From contig JBDOIF010000008.1 in NCBI GenBank assembly GCA_041082215.1, positions 6,036 through 70,035 of the forward strand: a stretch of 64,000 nt of DNA. The letters are read 5' to 3'. The notes under the pieces were generated by a model. The model was given only the letters and a program-made list of their open reading frames with translations. It had not been told where the DNA came from and made no database searches. Both the position numbers and the translations under genes were made by a program. How positions within the stretch are numbered: position 1 is the first letter of the stretch; each line of letters opens with the position of its first letter. This document shows positions 45,125-54,434 of the stretch, piece after piece. This DNA comes from Anaerolineae bacterium. Its GTDB lineage: Bacteria > Chloroflexota > Anaerolineae > B4-G1 > DUEL01.

Positions 45125-47092
45125 ATGAAGGGGAAGCTCTTGTTGAGCGTCGGGATAGCCGGGCTGTCTGTGGCCCTGGCATTGGTGCTGCTGGCCTCGG
45201 CCGCACCCTGGGCGGCGCGGGCCGCAGGCGGTGAAACGTTCACTGTAGACACTTCAGCGGACGGGTCAGACAACAATCCTGGGGATTGTCAGTGCCAGAC
45301 ATCCGGAGGCCAATGCACCCTGCGTGCCGCTATCCAGGAAGCTAACGCCTGCTCCGGCCCGCAGACCATCAAGTTCGGCGGCCCCTGGGGTATCACGGTT
45401 GCCGGACCACTGCCCACCCTCACCGATAACGGCACAGTGATTGATGGCAGCGACTGGTGGGGTGAAGGCAGCGGCCTGGGGTTTCCTATGGTCTGGCTGA
45501 ACGGTGGGGGTGGCTCGTTTCACGGCCTGGTCATCACCGCGTCCGATTGCGCCGTCTACGGACTGGTGATCTATAATTTCGGAGGCCACGGTGTTTACCT
45601 GTACGGCGGCGCCCGGAACAACCGCATCGGCGGGGCCGGTACCCACCAGCGCGTTGTCATCTCCGATAACGGCTGGAACGGGGCCATGATCACGGGCACC
45701 ACGACGACCAGCAACACGGTGGAGGCCTGCTACATCGGCACTCCTCCGGAAGGCACGGTTGGCGATTGGGGCAACGGCTGGCATGGGGTCAGTATCTGGT
45801 ACGGGGCGGGCAACGTGATCAGCGGCAACCTGATCGCCGGCAACGGCTGGAGCGGCGTGGCCGTGGATTCCGTTAACCACACCGTGGAGATACGGAACAA
45901 CCGCATCGGACTTTCTATAGACGGCCAGCCGCTGGGCAACGGGTTCTACGGCATTCATGTCGCCCACGGCGCGATGCCGGTTATCATTTCCAACACTGTC
46001 GCTTTCAACCGGCGGGGCATCCACGTGGAGGGGAGCAGCAGCCCGTGGATCTACGGTAACCTCATCTATGGCCACAATGCGTCCAACGGCAGCCTGGATT
46101 TCCCCAGATGCGGTGCTGGTATATTGTGTGACACTTCTTCGCTCATCATTGCCGGCAATGTCATCACGAGCAATGTTGCCTATACCGGGACCGACCTGAC
46201 CGGTTTCGGCGGCGGGATCGCTATGTCGGAGTGCGATGGCAGCATCATCGGCGGCAACCAGATCGTCAGCAACACGGCCAATACGGCTGGCACCGGCCGC
46301 GGGGGCGGCATCTACCTCTACGAAAGCGACGTGACCATCGCAACCAACACAATCATGAGCAACACGGCCGGCCCAGGAGTCAACAGCCGAGGCGGCGGCC
46401 TTGCTCTGAATCATAGCAACGCCCTGATCACCGGCAATACCGTCCACGGAAACTCGGTCGATAGTGGTCTCGGAGGAGGAGCGTGGCTCTTTTACAGCAA
46501 CGTCACACTGGACGGTAATACCATCATCGCCAACCGCTCTATCGGTGGTGATGGCTTGGAGATCGAGAACTGTGCATTCTTCACTCTGACGAACAATATC
46601 ATCGCCCAGCATGACCATGGCGAGGGTGTGGATATCTGGGTGACGCCAGACTTTTCCCACGGCTGGCTGGTCAACAACACCATCGCCCAGAATGCCCCCT
46701 ATGGGTATGGGGTGCGACTGCTCGAGAACACAACGCTCACGCTCACCAATAACATGATCGTCAGCAACACCACCGGCATCTACGCCACCCCCGGCCAGAC
46801 GAACACAGTGATTGCAGACCATACGCTGTTCTATGGCAATACCAATGACACCGATGGCAGCGTAATTACCAACACTCATGCTATCACTGGCCGCGACCCG
46901 CTGTTTCTGGACCCGGCCGCGGGGAACTATCATCTGCGCGCCGGCTCGCCCGCCGTGAACGCCGGCGTTGCCGTCCCCTGGCTGACTGCCGACATAGACA
47001 GCGACCCGCGGCCCATCGGGGCGGGCTATGATATCGGCGCGGATGAGTATGTCGCGCGCATTTGGTTGCCGCTGGTGTTGCGGGACTCTTAG
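45125..47092 (+). CDS. secreted right-handed parallel beta-helix repeat protein
   Basis: Signal peptide, N-terminal CTLRAAIQEANAC cap motif, then many ~22-aa NxxIxxN-type beta-helix repeats. Confidence 0.7.
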   Translation: MKGKLLLSVGIAGLSVALALVLLASAAPWAARAAGGETFTVDTSADGSDNNPGDCQCQTSGGQCTLRAAIQEANACSGPQTIKFGGPWGITVAGPLPTLTDNGTVIDGSDWWGEGSGLGFPMVWLNGGGGSFHGLVITASDCAVYGLVIYNFGGHGVYLYGGARNNRIGGAGTHQRVVISDNGWNGAMITGTTTTSNTVEACYIGTPPEGTVGDWGNGWHGVSIWYGAGNVISGNLIAGNGWSGVAVDSVNHTVEIRNNRIGLSIDGQPLGNGFYGIHVAHGAMPVIISNTVAFNRRGIHVEGSSSPWIYGNLIYGHNASNGSLDFPRCGAGILCDTSSLIIAGNVITSNVAYTGTDLTGFGGGIAMSECDGSIIGGNQIVSNTANTAGTGRGGGIYLYESDVTIATNTIMSNTAGPGVNSRGGGLALNHSNALITGNTVHGNSVDSGLGGGAWLFYSNVTLDGNTIIANRSIGGDGLEIENCAFFTLTNNIIAQHDHGEGVDIWVTPDFSHGWLVNNTIAQNAPYGYGVRLLENTTLTLTNNMIVSNTTGIYATPGQTNTVIADHTLFYGNTNDTDGSVITNTHAITGRDPLFLDPAAGNYHLRAGSPAVNAGVAVPWLTADIDSDPRPIGAGYDIGADEYVARIWLPLVLRDS

Positions 47093-47197
47093 CGCCGCAG
47101 GCTGAAAGCCCGTGCTGCATTCTGGCCTTCCGGGCCTCGGACAAGAGTTCGGATAGGGTGGGAGAGCGACCCTCACCCCTCCCCCTATCCCTTCCCT

Positions 47198-47356
47198 TTC
47201 GCTCGCCGGTGGATCGCGAATCCCACGAATGGCCCGAATACAGCGAACAGGAGGGATACCTGCTCCATTCGCGGTATTCGTTTCCACTTGCGCCATTCGT
47301 GTTTCCCCAGGTCCGGCCCGGGCCAGGGACATCTCGCCCCCAAACTGAAATACACC
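47198..47356 (+). repeat. ~190-bp palindromic CGAAT-unit element, copy 4 (left ~30 nt missing)
   Basis: Matches copies 1/3/6 from ...CGCCGGTGGATCGCGAATCCC to ...TGAAATACACC. The left terminal repeat is absent. Confidence 0.85.
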
Positions 47357-47372
47357 TACTTCAGGGCCTCCC

Positions 47373-47401
47373 TTGTGAAAATGGGCCAGTCGTGGTAAAA
47401 T
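47373..47401 (+). promoter_or_regulatory. sigma70-like promoter TTGTGA-17-TAAAAT for tRNA-Phe
   Basis: 16 nt beyond element copy 4. The -10 is 30 nt upstream of the tRNA. Confidence 0.5.
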
Positions 47402-47431
47402 CTATACAGGTCATAGCTGGCGAATTTCTGT

Positions 47432-47505
47432 GCCGAGGTAGCTCAGCCTGGTAGAGCACCTGACTGAAAATCAGGGAGTCGTCAGTTCAAATCTGACCCT
47501 CGGCA
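47432..47505 (+). tRNA. tRNA-Phe (anticodon GAA)
   Basis: Hand-folded cloverleaf: acceptor GCCGAGG/CCTCGGC, D arm GCTC/GAGC, anticodon loop CTGAAAA, T arm GTCAG-TTCAAAT-CTGAC. Confidence 0.92.
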
Positions 47506-47518
47506 CCTGAGGACAAAA

Positions 47519-47552
47519 GAGGGCCCCGAACAGGGGCCCTTTCTTTTCTGTT
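47519..47552 (+). terminator. rho-independent terminator
   Basis: Stem GGGCCCC/GGGGCCC with loop GAACA, followed by TTTCTTTTCTGTT. Confidence 0.65.
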
Positions 47553-47702
47553 GTGGTCTGGCCTCTCCAGTTATGAATTGAGAGGCCGCAGGTTCAGAGG
47601 TCCCTTGTGGTGGGCGTAAGGTAAGCTGATTGCAGCAGGGCCAGGTAGCTTTGTCAGCAGTCCGTATGACCTTTGTCATATGCGCCGGATACTTACCGAC
47701 AC

Positions 47703-47731
47703 TTGAGAAAAAGGGGGTTAAGGGTTATTAT
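47703..47731 (+). promoter_or_regulatory. candidate promoter TTGAGA-17-TATTAT for the oxidoreductase/Hdr cluster
   Basis: Lies in a locally AT-richer stretch ~80 nt upstream of the first CDS. Confidence 0.4.
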
Positions 47732-47813
47732 ATTGTAGCCACCTGTAGCCTGGACGGAACCTGTGGCCATAAAGGGCGGCGGTCAGCCTGCAGAATCTAG
47801 GAGGAGGCGTGCG

Positions 47814-48095
47814 GTGAAGTTTTGGCGTGAGCCGCTGGACCTGAAGGACATCCGTGTACCTCGTGGCGAGATCCATATGCTGGTCGAGCGTTGCAAGGGC
47901 TGCGGCTGGTGTGTGGAGTTCTGCCCCCGAGGCGTGCTCGAGGTCTCCGACGAGATCAACTCCAAAGGATACCACCCTCCCCGCGTCGTCCGGCAGGGAG
48001 CCTGCGTCGGCTGCGGGCTGTGTGAGCTGCTCTGCCCCGAGTTCGCCATCTACGTTGTAGAAGGGGAGGGGGAGGCTGTGTTGTATGAAAGCTAA
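47814..48095 (+). CDS. 2-oxoacid:ferredoxin oxidoreductase delta subunit (2x[4Fe-4S] ferredoxin)
   Basis: GTG start after AGGAGGAGG. CKGCGWCVEFCP and CVGCGLCELLCP. Confidence 0.8.
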   Translation: MKFWREPLDLKDIRVPRGEIHMLVERCKGCGWCVEFCPRGVLEVSDEINSKGYHPPRVVRQGACVGCGLCELLCPEFAIYVVEGEGEAVLYES

Positions 48096-49260
48096 AGACG
48101 GCCTTCTCTGCGGCGAGTTCTTCATGCTGGGGGACATCGCCTGCGCGGAGGGGGCGATCTGCGCCGGCTGTCGCTTCTTCGCAGGTTACCCCATCACCCC
48201 TGCCACCGAGATCGCCCAGCGGATGAGCGAACGGCTCCCCCTGGTCGGGGGGATGTACATCCAGATGGAAGACGAGATGGCCTCGATGAACGCCATACTG
48301 GGCGCTTCCTGGGCCGGGGTAAAGGCGATGACCGCCACCAGCGGCCCCGGTTTTTCTCTGATGATGGAAAACCTGGGGCTGGGCATCATGACGGAAACCC
48401 CGTGCGTGCTGGTCAACGTCCAGCGGGGCGGTCCCTCCACCGGCCTGCCCACGCTGGTGGGACAGGGGGACATGATGCAGGCCCGGTGGGGTTCCCACGG
48501 CGACTACTCTATCATCGCCCTTTCACCCTCCTCCCCCCAGGAGCTTTTCGACCTCACCATCCACGCCTTCAACCTCTCCGAAATCTACCGCCTGCCGGTC
48601 CTGGTGATGACCGACGCCGAGGTGGGACATATGACCGAGAAGGTGGTCATCCCCCCTGTGGAGGAGATCGAGCTCGTCGAGCGGCGGAAACCCACGGTCC
48701 CTCCTGAAGCATACCACCCCTACCACGTCGAGCCGGGAGAGTGGGTGCCGCCGATGGCGATCGCAGGAGAAGGATACCGCATTCACATCACCGGCCTCAC
48801 CCACGACGAGCGGGGCTACCCCGCCACCGCCGACGACAGCGCCCAGTGGCCGCTGGTGCAGCGGCTGGTTGATAAAGTCGAAAAGAACCGGGATCGGATC
48901 ATCCGGCTGGAAATGGACCGGATGGATGATGCGGAGGTGGCCGTCGTTTCCTACGGCATTGCTGCCCGCATCGCCGCCTGGCCGATCCAGATGGCCCGCG
49001 AAGAGGGCATCCGGGTGGGATTGCTGCGGCTGATCACCGTCTGGCCCTTCCCCGATGAACAGGTCCGGGATCTGGCGGGGCGGGTGCAGGGGATCGTGGT
49101 GCCGGAGATCAATATGGGGCAGATCGTCCGTGAGGTGGAGCGGTGCGCGGCCGGGCAGGCGGAGGTGATCTCCGTGCCCCACCCCGGAGGAGGCATCCAC
49201 AACCCGTTGACGGTGCTGAACGCGATCCGCAGGGCAGCAGGACGAAAGACAGAGGGATAG
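48085..49260 (+). CDS. 2-oxoacid:ferredoxin oxidoreductase alpha subunit
   Basis: GDIACAEGAICAGCRFFAGYPITPATEI, ATSGPGFSLMMENLG. Substrate (2-oxoglutarate, pyruvate or branched-chain) cannot be decided from sequence alone. Confidence 0.9.
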   Translation: MKAKDGLLCGEFFMLGDIACAEGAICAGCRFFAGYPITPATEIAQRMSERLPLVGGMYIQMEDEMASMNAILGASWAGVKAMTATSGPGFSLMMENLGLGIMTETPCVLVNVQRGGPSTGLPTLVGQGDMMQARWGSHGDYSIIALSPSSPQELFDLTIHAFNLSEIYRLPVLVMTDAEVGHMTEKVVIPPVEEIELVERRKPTVPPEAYHPYHVEPGEWVPPMAIAGEGYRIHITGLTHDERGYPATADDSAQWPLVQRLVDKVEKNRDRIIRLEMDRMDDAEVAVVSYGIAARIAAWPIQMAREEGIRVGLLRLITVWPFPDEQVRDLAGRVQGIVVPEINMGQIVREVERCAAGQAEVISVPHPGGGIHNPLTVLNAIRRAAGRKTEG

Positions 49261-49263
49261 ACG

Positions 49264-50166
49264 ATGGGCCTGAAGACAAATGGCTACCGGCTGGATAAGA
49301 CGCTGGAGACCTACGCGGAGGCGGAAGGGCTGCGGGAGGAGGTTTACGGACGCCACCCGATGGACGACCTCCTGCGCACGGAACGGCTCCCCCATATCTG
49401 GTGCTCCGGCTGCGGGCTGGGCACGGCCCTTACCTGCTTCCTGAGCGCGCTGCGCAAGTCCGGGCTGGACCTGGATAAGGTGGTGGTGGTCTCCGGGATC
49501 GGCTGCGCCGGCCGGGTGGCGGGTTACGTGCGGCTGGATTCGTTCCACACCACCCACGGCCGGGCCATCCCCTTCGCCACCGGCCTCAAGCTGGGCAATC
49601 CGGAGCTGAAAGTGGTGGTCTTTTCCGGGGATGGGGACCTGGTGACGATCGGCGGCAACCACTTCATCCACGCCGCCCGGCGCAATATGGATATGACGAT
49701 CATCTGCGTCAACAACTTCAACTACGGGATGACCGGCGGGCAGGTAGGGGCGACGACCCCCATCGGCGCCATCACCACCACCTCTCCCTACGGCAATTAC
49801 GAATACCCCTTCAACATTTCCGCGCTGGCGGCAGCCAGTGGGGCGGTGTACGTGGCCCGCTGGACGGTGCTCCATGCCCGACGGCTGGAACGCTCCATCC
49901 TGGAAGCGTTGCTCAAGCCTGGCTTCACTTTTATAGAGGTGATCTCCCCCTGCCCCACCGGCTTCGGCCGCCACAACCGGCAGCGGGAGGGGCTGGACGC
50001 CCTCCGGTACTACCGGGAACACGGCGTCATCCGCCACGGCGCCGACCTCCGGGAGACGGACATCCAGTTGGGTGGACCGCTGGTCGAAGGGAAGTTCGTG
50101 GATGTGAGCAAGCCGACCTTCCTGGAGCAGTACCATCAGCGGCTGGATCGGCTGCAGGAAAAGTAG
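49264..50166 (+). CDS. 2-oxoacid:ferredoxin oxidoreductase beta subunit (TPP-binding)
   Basis: WCSGCGLG, GIGCAGR, SGDGD...NNFNYGMTGGQ. Confidence 0.9.
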   Translation: MGLKTNGYRLDKTLETYAEAEGLREEVYGRHPMDDLLRTERLPHIWCSGCGLGTALTCFLSALRKSGLDLDKVVVVSGIGCAGRVAGYVRLDSFHTTHGRAIPFATGLKLGNPELKVVVFSGDGDLVTIGGNHFIHAARRNMDMTIICVNNFNYGMTGGQVGATTPIGAITTTSPYGNYEYPFNISALAAASGAVYVARWTVLHARRLERSILEALLKPGFTFIEVISPCPTGFGRHNRQREGLDALRYYREHGVIRHGADLRETDIQLGGPLVEGKFVDVSKPTFLEQYHQRLDRLQEK

Positions 50167-50222
50167 GACGACGCGGGGGCACGGAGACGCGGAGACGGGG
50201 AGGCGAGGAAAAGGGAGCGAGC

Positions 50223-50813
50223 ATGAACCGGCTGGAGATACGGCTTTCCGGTTTCGGCGGGCAGGGGATCATCCGCAGCGGTGAGATCATCGGCAGGGCT
50301 GCGACGCTCTACGATGGCCGCTACGCCACTTTCACTCAGAGCTACGGGCCGGAGTCGCGGGGCGGGGCAGCCGCCGCCCAGGTGGCCATCGCCGACGATC
50401 CGATGGAGCTGAGCTACCCCCATCTCATCAACCCCTCCATCCTGGTGGTGATGTCCCAGGGGGCATACAACCGGTACGTGCCCGAATTCCGCCGGGATGG
50501 TGTGCTCATTATTGACGAGAGCCTGGTGGAGCTGGACGAGAAGGCAGAAGGACTACAGGTGCTGGGGGTCCCGGCCACCCGGCTGGCGGAGGAGCTGGGC
50601 CGCCGCGTCGTGGCCAACGTGGTGATGCTCGGCTTCCTGGCTGCCGTCACCGACATCGCCTCGCCAGAGGCCCTCCGCAAAGCGGTGCTCGATTCGGTAC
50701 CCAGGGGGACGGAGGAGCTGAACGAGCGGGCGTTTGAGGTGGGGTTTGAGTACGGGAGGGAAAAAGTCAGGCGTCAAACGTCAGGCGTCAAACGTCAGGA
50801 AGATGACGGATGA
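50223..50813 (+). CDS. 2-oxoacid:ferredoxin oxidoreductase gamma subunit
   Basis: RLSGFGGQGII...SYGPESRGG. The last ~15 codons (RRQTSGVKRQEDDG) are encoded by tandem repeats. Confidence 0.85.
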   Translation: MNRLEIRLSGFGGQGIIRSGEIIGRAATLYDGRYATFTQSYGPESRGGAAAAQVAIADDPMELSYPHLINPSILVVMSQGAYNRYVPEFRRDGVLIIDESLVELDEKAEGLQVLGVPATRLAEELGRRVVANVVMLGFLAAVTDIASPEALRKAVLDSVPRGTEELNERAFEVGFEYGREKVRRQTSGVKRQEDDG

Positions 50814-50843
50814 CGAATCACGAATGACGAATGACGAATGACG
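50765..50843 (+). repeat. compound tandem repeat: (GTCAGGCGTCAAAC)x2.4 then (ATGACGR)x6
   Basis: Read directly. Spans the 3' end of the gamma subunit and the spacer to hdrA. Confidence 0.95.
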
Positions 50844-50864
50844 TTGAATCCAGAGGAAACGCAG

Positions 50865-52142
50865 ATGGGAGAGGTGCTCGTCATCGGCGGGGGGATCGCC
50901 GGCATTCAGGCCGCTCTGGACCTGGCGGAGATGGGCGTTCGAGTCCACCTGGTGGAAAGGGCGCCTTCCATCGGGGGACGGATGGCCCAGTTGGATAAGA
51001 CCTTTCCGACCAACGATTGCTCCACCTGCATCCTATCCCCCAAGATGAACGATTGCGCCCGCCATCCTAATATCATTCTCCACACCCTCTCCGAGGTAAG
51101 GGGGCTGGAGGGAACAGCCGGCCGCTTCGCCGTCTCGGTCCTCAAACACCCCCGTTATGTGGATGAGGCCCGGTGCACCGGCTGTGGGGAGTGTGCGGAG
51201 AAATGTCCTTCCAGAGTGCCCGATGCATTCGATATGGGCCTGCGCCAGCGAAAAGCGATCTACCTCTACTTCCCCCAGGCCATCCCACAGGCGATGGCCA
51301 TTGATCCGGACCACTGTATCTACCTCCAGCGAGGGAAGTGCGGGGCCTGCGCCCTGGTTTGCCAGCGAAAGGCCATCAACTTCGAGCAGACGGAACAGGT
51401 GGTGGAGCTGAGCGTGGGGGCAGTGGTGGTCGCCACCGGCTACGACTTCTTCGACCCCCGGGGGCTTTCTCAGTTCGGCTACGGGAAGTGCCCCAATGTC
51501 ATCACCGCGCTGGAATACGAGCGACTGATCAGCGCCTCCGGTCCCACGGAAGGCCGCCTGCTCCGCCTCTCCGACGGCCGGCCAGCGAAACGGATCGGCT
51601 TCATCCAGTGCGTCGGCTCGCGGGATGTGCGCCATCAGCGGTTCTGCTCGACGGTCTGCTGTATGCACTCCAGCAAGCAGGCAGTGCTGGCCGCCGAGCA
51701 CGACCCCCAGGTCGAGTCCTACATCTTCTACACCGACTTTCGGGGATCGGGCAAGGGGTTCCGGGAGTATGTGGAGCGGGCGGAACGGGAGTACGGGGTC
51801 CATTACGTCCGCAGCCGGGTAGCCCGCATTACGGAGGACGGGGACCACAACCCCATCATCCATTACGAGGACGCCGCGACCTTCCGCCCGGCCCGGCTGA
51901 CAGTGGACCTGACGGTGCTGGCGACCAGCCTGATCCCCCGGCCCACCACAGCAGCGCTGGCGCAGGTGCTGGGGATCGAGATGGACGCTTATGGCTTCGT
52001 CCAGACGGATCCCTTCTCCCCGGTGGATACGAGCCGTCCGGGGATCTTCGTCGCTGGCTGCTGCCGGGGCCCGGCCGATATCCCCGAATCGGTGATGCAG
52101 GCCAGTGCAGCAGCAGCCCGGGCAGCGCGCTTTGCGGGATAA
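50865..52142 (+). CDS. hdrA: HdrA-like FAD/FeS oxidoreductase (core form, Cys variant)
   Basis: [36 protein letters not shown], inserted ferredoxin CTGCGECAEKCP / CGACALVCQRKAI. ATG 50865 has a GAGGAA RBS. ORF-track start 50838 is inside the repeat. Confidence 0.8.
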   Translation: MGEVLVIGGGIAGIQAALDLAEMGVRVHLVERAPSIGGRMAQLDKTFPTNDCSTCILSPKMNDCARHPNIILHTLSEVRGLEGTAGRFAVSVLKHPRYVDEARCTGCGECAEKCPSRVPDAFDMGLRQRKAIYLYFPQAIPQAMAIDPDHCIYLQRGKCGACALVCQRKAINFEQTEQVVELSVGAVVVATGYDFFDPRGLSQFGYGKCPNVITALEYERLISASGPTEGRLLRLSDGRPAKRIGFIQCVGSRDVRHQRFCSTVCCMHSSKQAVLAAEHDPQVESYIFYTDFRGSGKGFREYVERAEREYGVHYVRSRVARITEDGDHNPIIHYEDAATFRPARLTVDLTVLATSLIPRPTTAALAQVLGIEMDAYGFVQTDPFSPVDTSRPGIFVAGCCRGPADIPESVMQASAAAARAARFAG

Positions 52143-52150
52143 GTGGAGAA

Positions 52151-52220
52151 AACTACGGAGGCTCAGAGGACACAGATATGAAGAAGCGGCAGATTTCTGT
52201 GCCCCTCCGTGCTTCGTGGT
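52151..52220. repeat. hairpin repeat, CCAC-GAGG-CAC family (copy C)
   Basis: AACTACGGAGGCTCAGAGGACACAGA pairs imperfectly with TCTGTGCCCCTCCGTGCTTCGTGGT. Confidence 0.6.
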
Positions 52221-52244
52221 AAACCATCAACCTGCGGAAGATCA

Positions 52245-53957
52245 ATGAGCGAAGGGCCGAGGATCGGGGTCTTTATTTGCCACTGCGGCACCAACATCGC
52301 CGGGCACGTGGATGTGGCAGCGGTGGAGGCATACGCGCGGACGCTTCCAGGGGTCGTCTTCGTCCAGCGGAACCTCTACACCTGTTCCGAGGCTGGCCTC
52401 TCTGAGATCAGGCGGGCCATCACAGAGGAGGGACTGGGACGGGTGATTGTGGCCGCCTGCACTCCCCGCACCCACGAACCCCTCTTCCGGGAGACCTGCC
52501 GGGAGGCCGGGTTGAACCCCTACCTCTTCGAATTCGTCAACATCCGCGACCAGTGCTCCTGGGTCCATATGCACGAGCCGGAACGGGCTACGGAGAAAGC
52601 GAAGGACCTGGTGCGAATGGGTGTGGCCAGGGCCTGGCTGCTGGAGCCGCTGGAGGAGCAGGAAGTGCCGGTGGAACCGGCGGCGCTGGTCGTGGGCGGG
52701 GGGATGATCGGGATGACCGCTGCCCTCAGCCTGGCGGAGCGGGGCTTCGCCGTCAAGCTGGTGGAGCGGGAGCCTCAACTGGGAGGACTCCTCCTCCGGC
52801 TGGACAGGCTCTACCCCACCCACGAGGACGCCCGATCGCTGGTGGAGAAACGGATCGCCCAGGTGCAGGCCAGCGACCGCATCGAGGTCTTCACCTCTTC
52901 CGTTGTCACCCAGATTAAAGGATTCGTCGGCAACTACGAGGTAGAAATCACCACGCTCCAGCAACCAGCAACCAGCAACCAGCAACCAGTAACCACCTCC
53001 TTCCGCGTCGGGGCCATCATCGTCGCCACCGGCGCGCGGGTCCTCCGGCCGGAGGGGATGTATGGCTACGACGGCCAGCGGGTGATCACCCAGTTCGAGC
53101 TGGAGGAGCGGCTCAGGAACGGCACGTTCGAGGCGGACCGGGTGGTGATGATCCAGTGCGTCGGTGCGCGCATCCCGGAGCGGCCTTACTGCTCCCGCAT
53201 CTGCTGTACCACCGCCATCAAGAACGCGCTCCAGATCAGGGCCCGCCGTCCCGAAGCCCAGGTCTACATCCTCTACCGGGATACGGAGACCCAGGGGACC
53301 CGCTACGAGGCTTATTACACCCAGGCCCGCGAGGCCGGCATCCAGTTTATCCGCTACAGCCTCCAGCAGCCGCCAGAGGTGACCGGCGAGCGGGTGGTAG
53401 TGTACGACGAGCTACTGGGGGCCAGGCTCGGCATCCCCTGCGACTTCGTGGTCCTCTCCACCCCGCTGGTAGCCCACCCGGATGCCCACGAGCTGGCCCG
53501 GATGCTCAAGGTGCCGGTGGACGAGCACGGCTTCTTCCTGGAAGCCCATGTAAAGCTCCGACCGCTCGATTTTGCCACCGACGGGGTCTACGTGGCCGGG
53601 ACGGCCCGCTGGCCGGCCCATCTGGAAGAGACCATCGTCCAGGCCTACGGTGCAGCGGCCCGGGCGGCGACGGTCCTTTCCAAAGACCGCGTTGTCTCCT
53701 CCGGCATCGTGGCGCGGGTGAACGAGAGGCTCTGCCGAGGGTGTGGCCGCTGTGTGGAGGTGTGCAAGTTCGGCGCGCCTTCGCTGGTGGAGAGGGCCTC
53801 CGGGGCGAGGGTGGCCCGCGTCAACCCGGTGATGTGTAAGGGGTGCGGGGCCTGTGCTGCAGCCTGTCCCACCGGGGCGATGACGGCAATGCACTTCACC
53901 GACGAGCAGATTACGGCGACGGTGCGGGCGGCGTTGGATGAATGGGTAATTGGGTGA
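52245..53957 (+). CDS. HdrA-like protein, divergent (N-terminal HdrA domain, no DCSxC motif, no inserted ferredoxin, C-terminal 2x[4Fe-4S])
   Basis: PRIGVFICHCGTNIAGHVD...NIRDQCSWVH, VVGGGMIGMTAALSLAE, CRGCGRCVEVCK / CKGCGACAAACP. Confidence 0.75.
   Translation: MSEGPRIGVFICHCGTNIAGHVDVAAVEAYARTLPGVVFVQRNLYTCSEAGLSEIRRAITEEGLGRVIVAACTPRTHEPLFRETCREAGLNPYLFEFVNIRDQCSWVHMHEPERATEKAKDLVRMGVARAWLLEPLEEQEVPVEPAALVVGGGMIGMTAALSLAERGFAVKLVEREPQLGGLLLRLDRLYPTHEDARSLVEKRIAQVQASDRIEVFTSSVVTQIKGFVGNYEVEITTLQQPATSNQQPVTTSFRVGAIIVATGARVLRPEGMYGYDGQRVITQFELEERLRNGTFEADRVVMIQCVGARIPERPYCSRICCTTAIKNALQIRARRPEAQVYILYRDTETQGTRYEAYYTQAREAGIQFIRYSLQQPPEVTGERVVVYDELLGARLGIPCDFVVLSTPLVAHPDAHELARMLKVPVDEHGFFLEAHVKLRPLDFATDGVYVAGTARWPAHLEETIVQAYGAAARAATVLSKDRVVSSGIVARVNERLCRGCGRCVEVCKFGAPSLVERASGARVARVNPVMCKGCGACAAACPTGAMTAMHFTDEQITATVRAALDEWVIG
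52958..52992 (+). repeat. intragenic heptamer array (CCAGCAA)x4 CCAGTAA
   Basis: 35 nt inside the hdrA-like CDS, translated as QQPATSNQQPVT. Confidence 0.9.
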
Positions 53958-53993
53958 CTGGGGAAGTGAGGGACCGGGTGACTGGGGGGGAAG

Positions 53994-54428
53994 ATGGAGG
54001 AGTTTCAGCCTCGGATTGTGGTTTTCGCCTGTAACTGGTGCTCCTATGCCGGGGCGGACCTGGCAGGGGTGAGCCGGATCCAGTACCCACCCACCACCCG
54101 CGTCATTCGCGTTATGTGTTCCGGGCGGGTGACCTCCGGCTTCATCCTGGAGGCCTTCCGCCGCGGAGCCGACGGGGTGCTGGTCACCGGCTGCCATCCG
54201 GGCGATTGCCACTACATCTCCGGCAACTTGAAAGCGGTCACCGTCGTCCAGCAGACCGTCCAGCTCCTCCAGCTCCTGGGCATCGAGACCGACCGGCTCC
54301 GCCTGGAGTGGGTCTCCGCCGCCGAGGGAGCCCGCTTCGCCCGCATCGTGACGGAGTTCACCGAACAGGTCCGCGCTCTGGGGCCAAGCCCCTTACGGAA
54401 TACGCAACACGCAATACGCTACAGGTGA
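53994..54428 (+). CDS. mvhD: MvhD-like (methyl-viologen-reducing hydrogenase delta subunit family) protein
   Basis: [17 protein letters not shown]...RVMCSGRV...GCHPGDCHY. The C-terminal RNTQHAIRYR is encoded by an AATACGC heptamer array (~54397-54431). Confidence 0.85.
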   Translation: MEEFQPRIVVFACNWCSYAGADLAGVSRIQYPPTTRVIRVMCSGRVTSGFILEAFRRGADGVLVTGCHPGDCHYISGNLKAVTVVQQTVQLLQLLGIETDRLRLEWVSAAEGARFARIVTEFTEQVRALGPSPLRNTQHAIRYR

Positions 54429-54434
54429 CACCCT

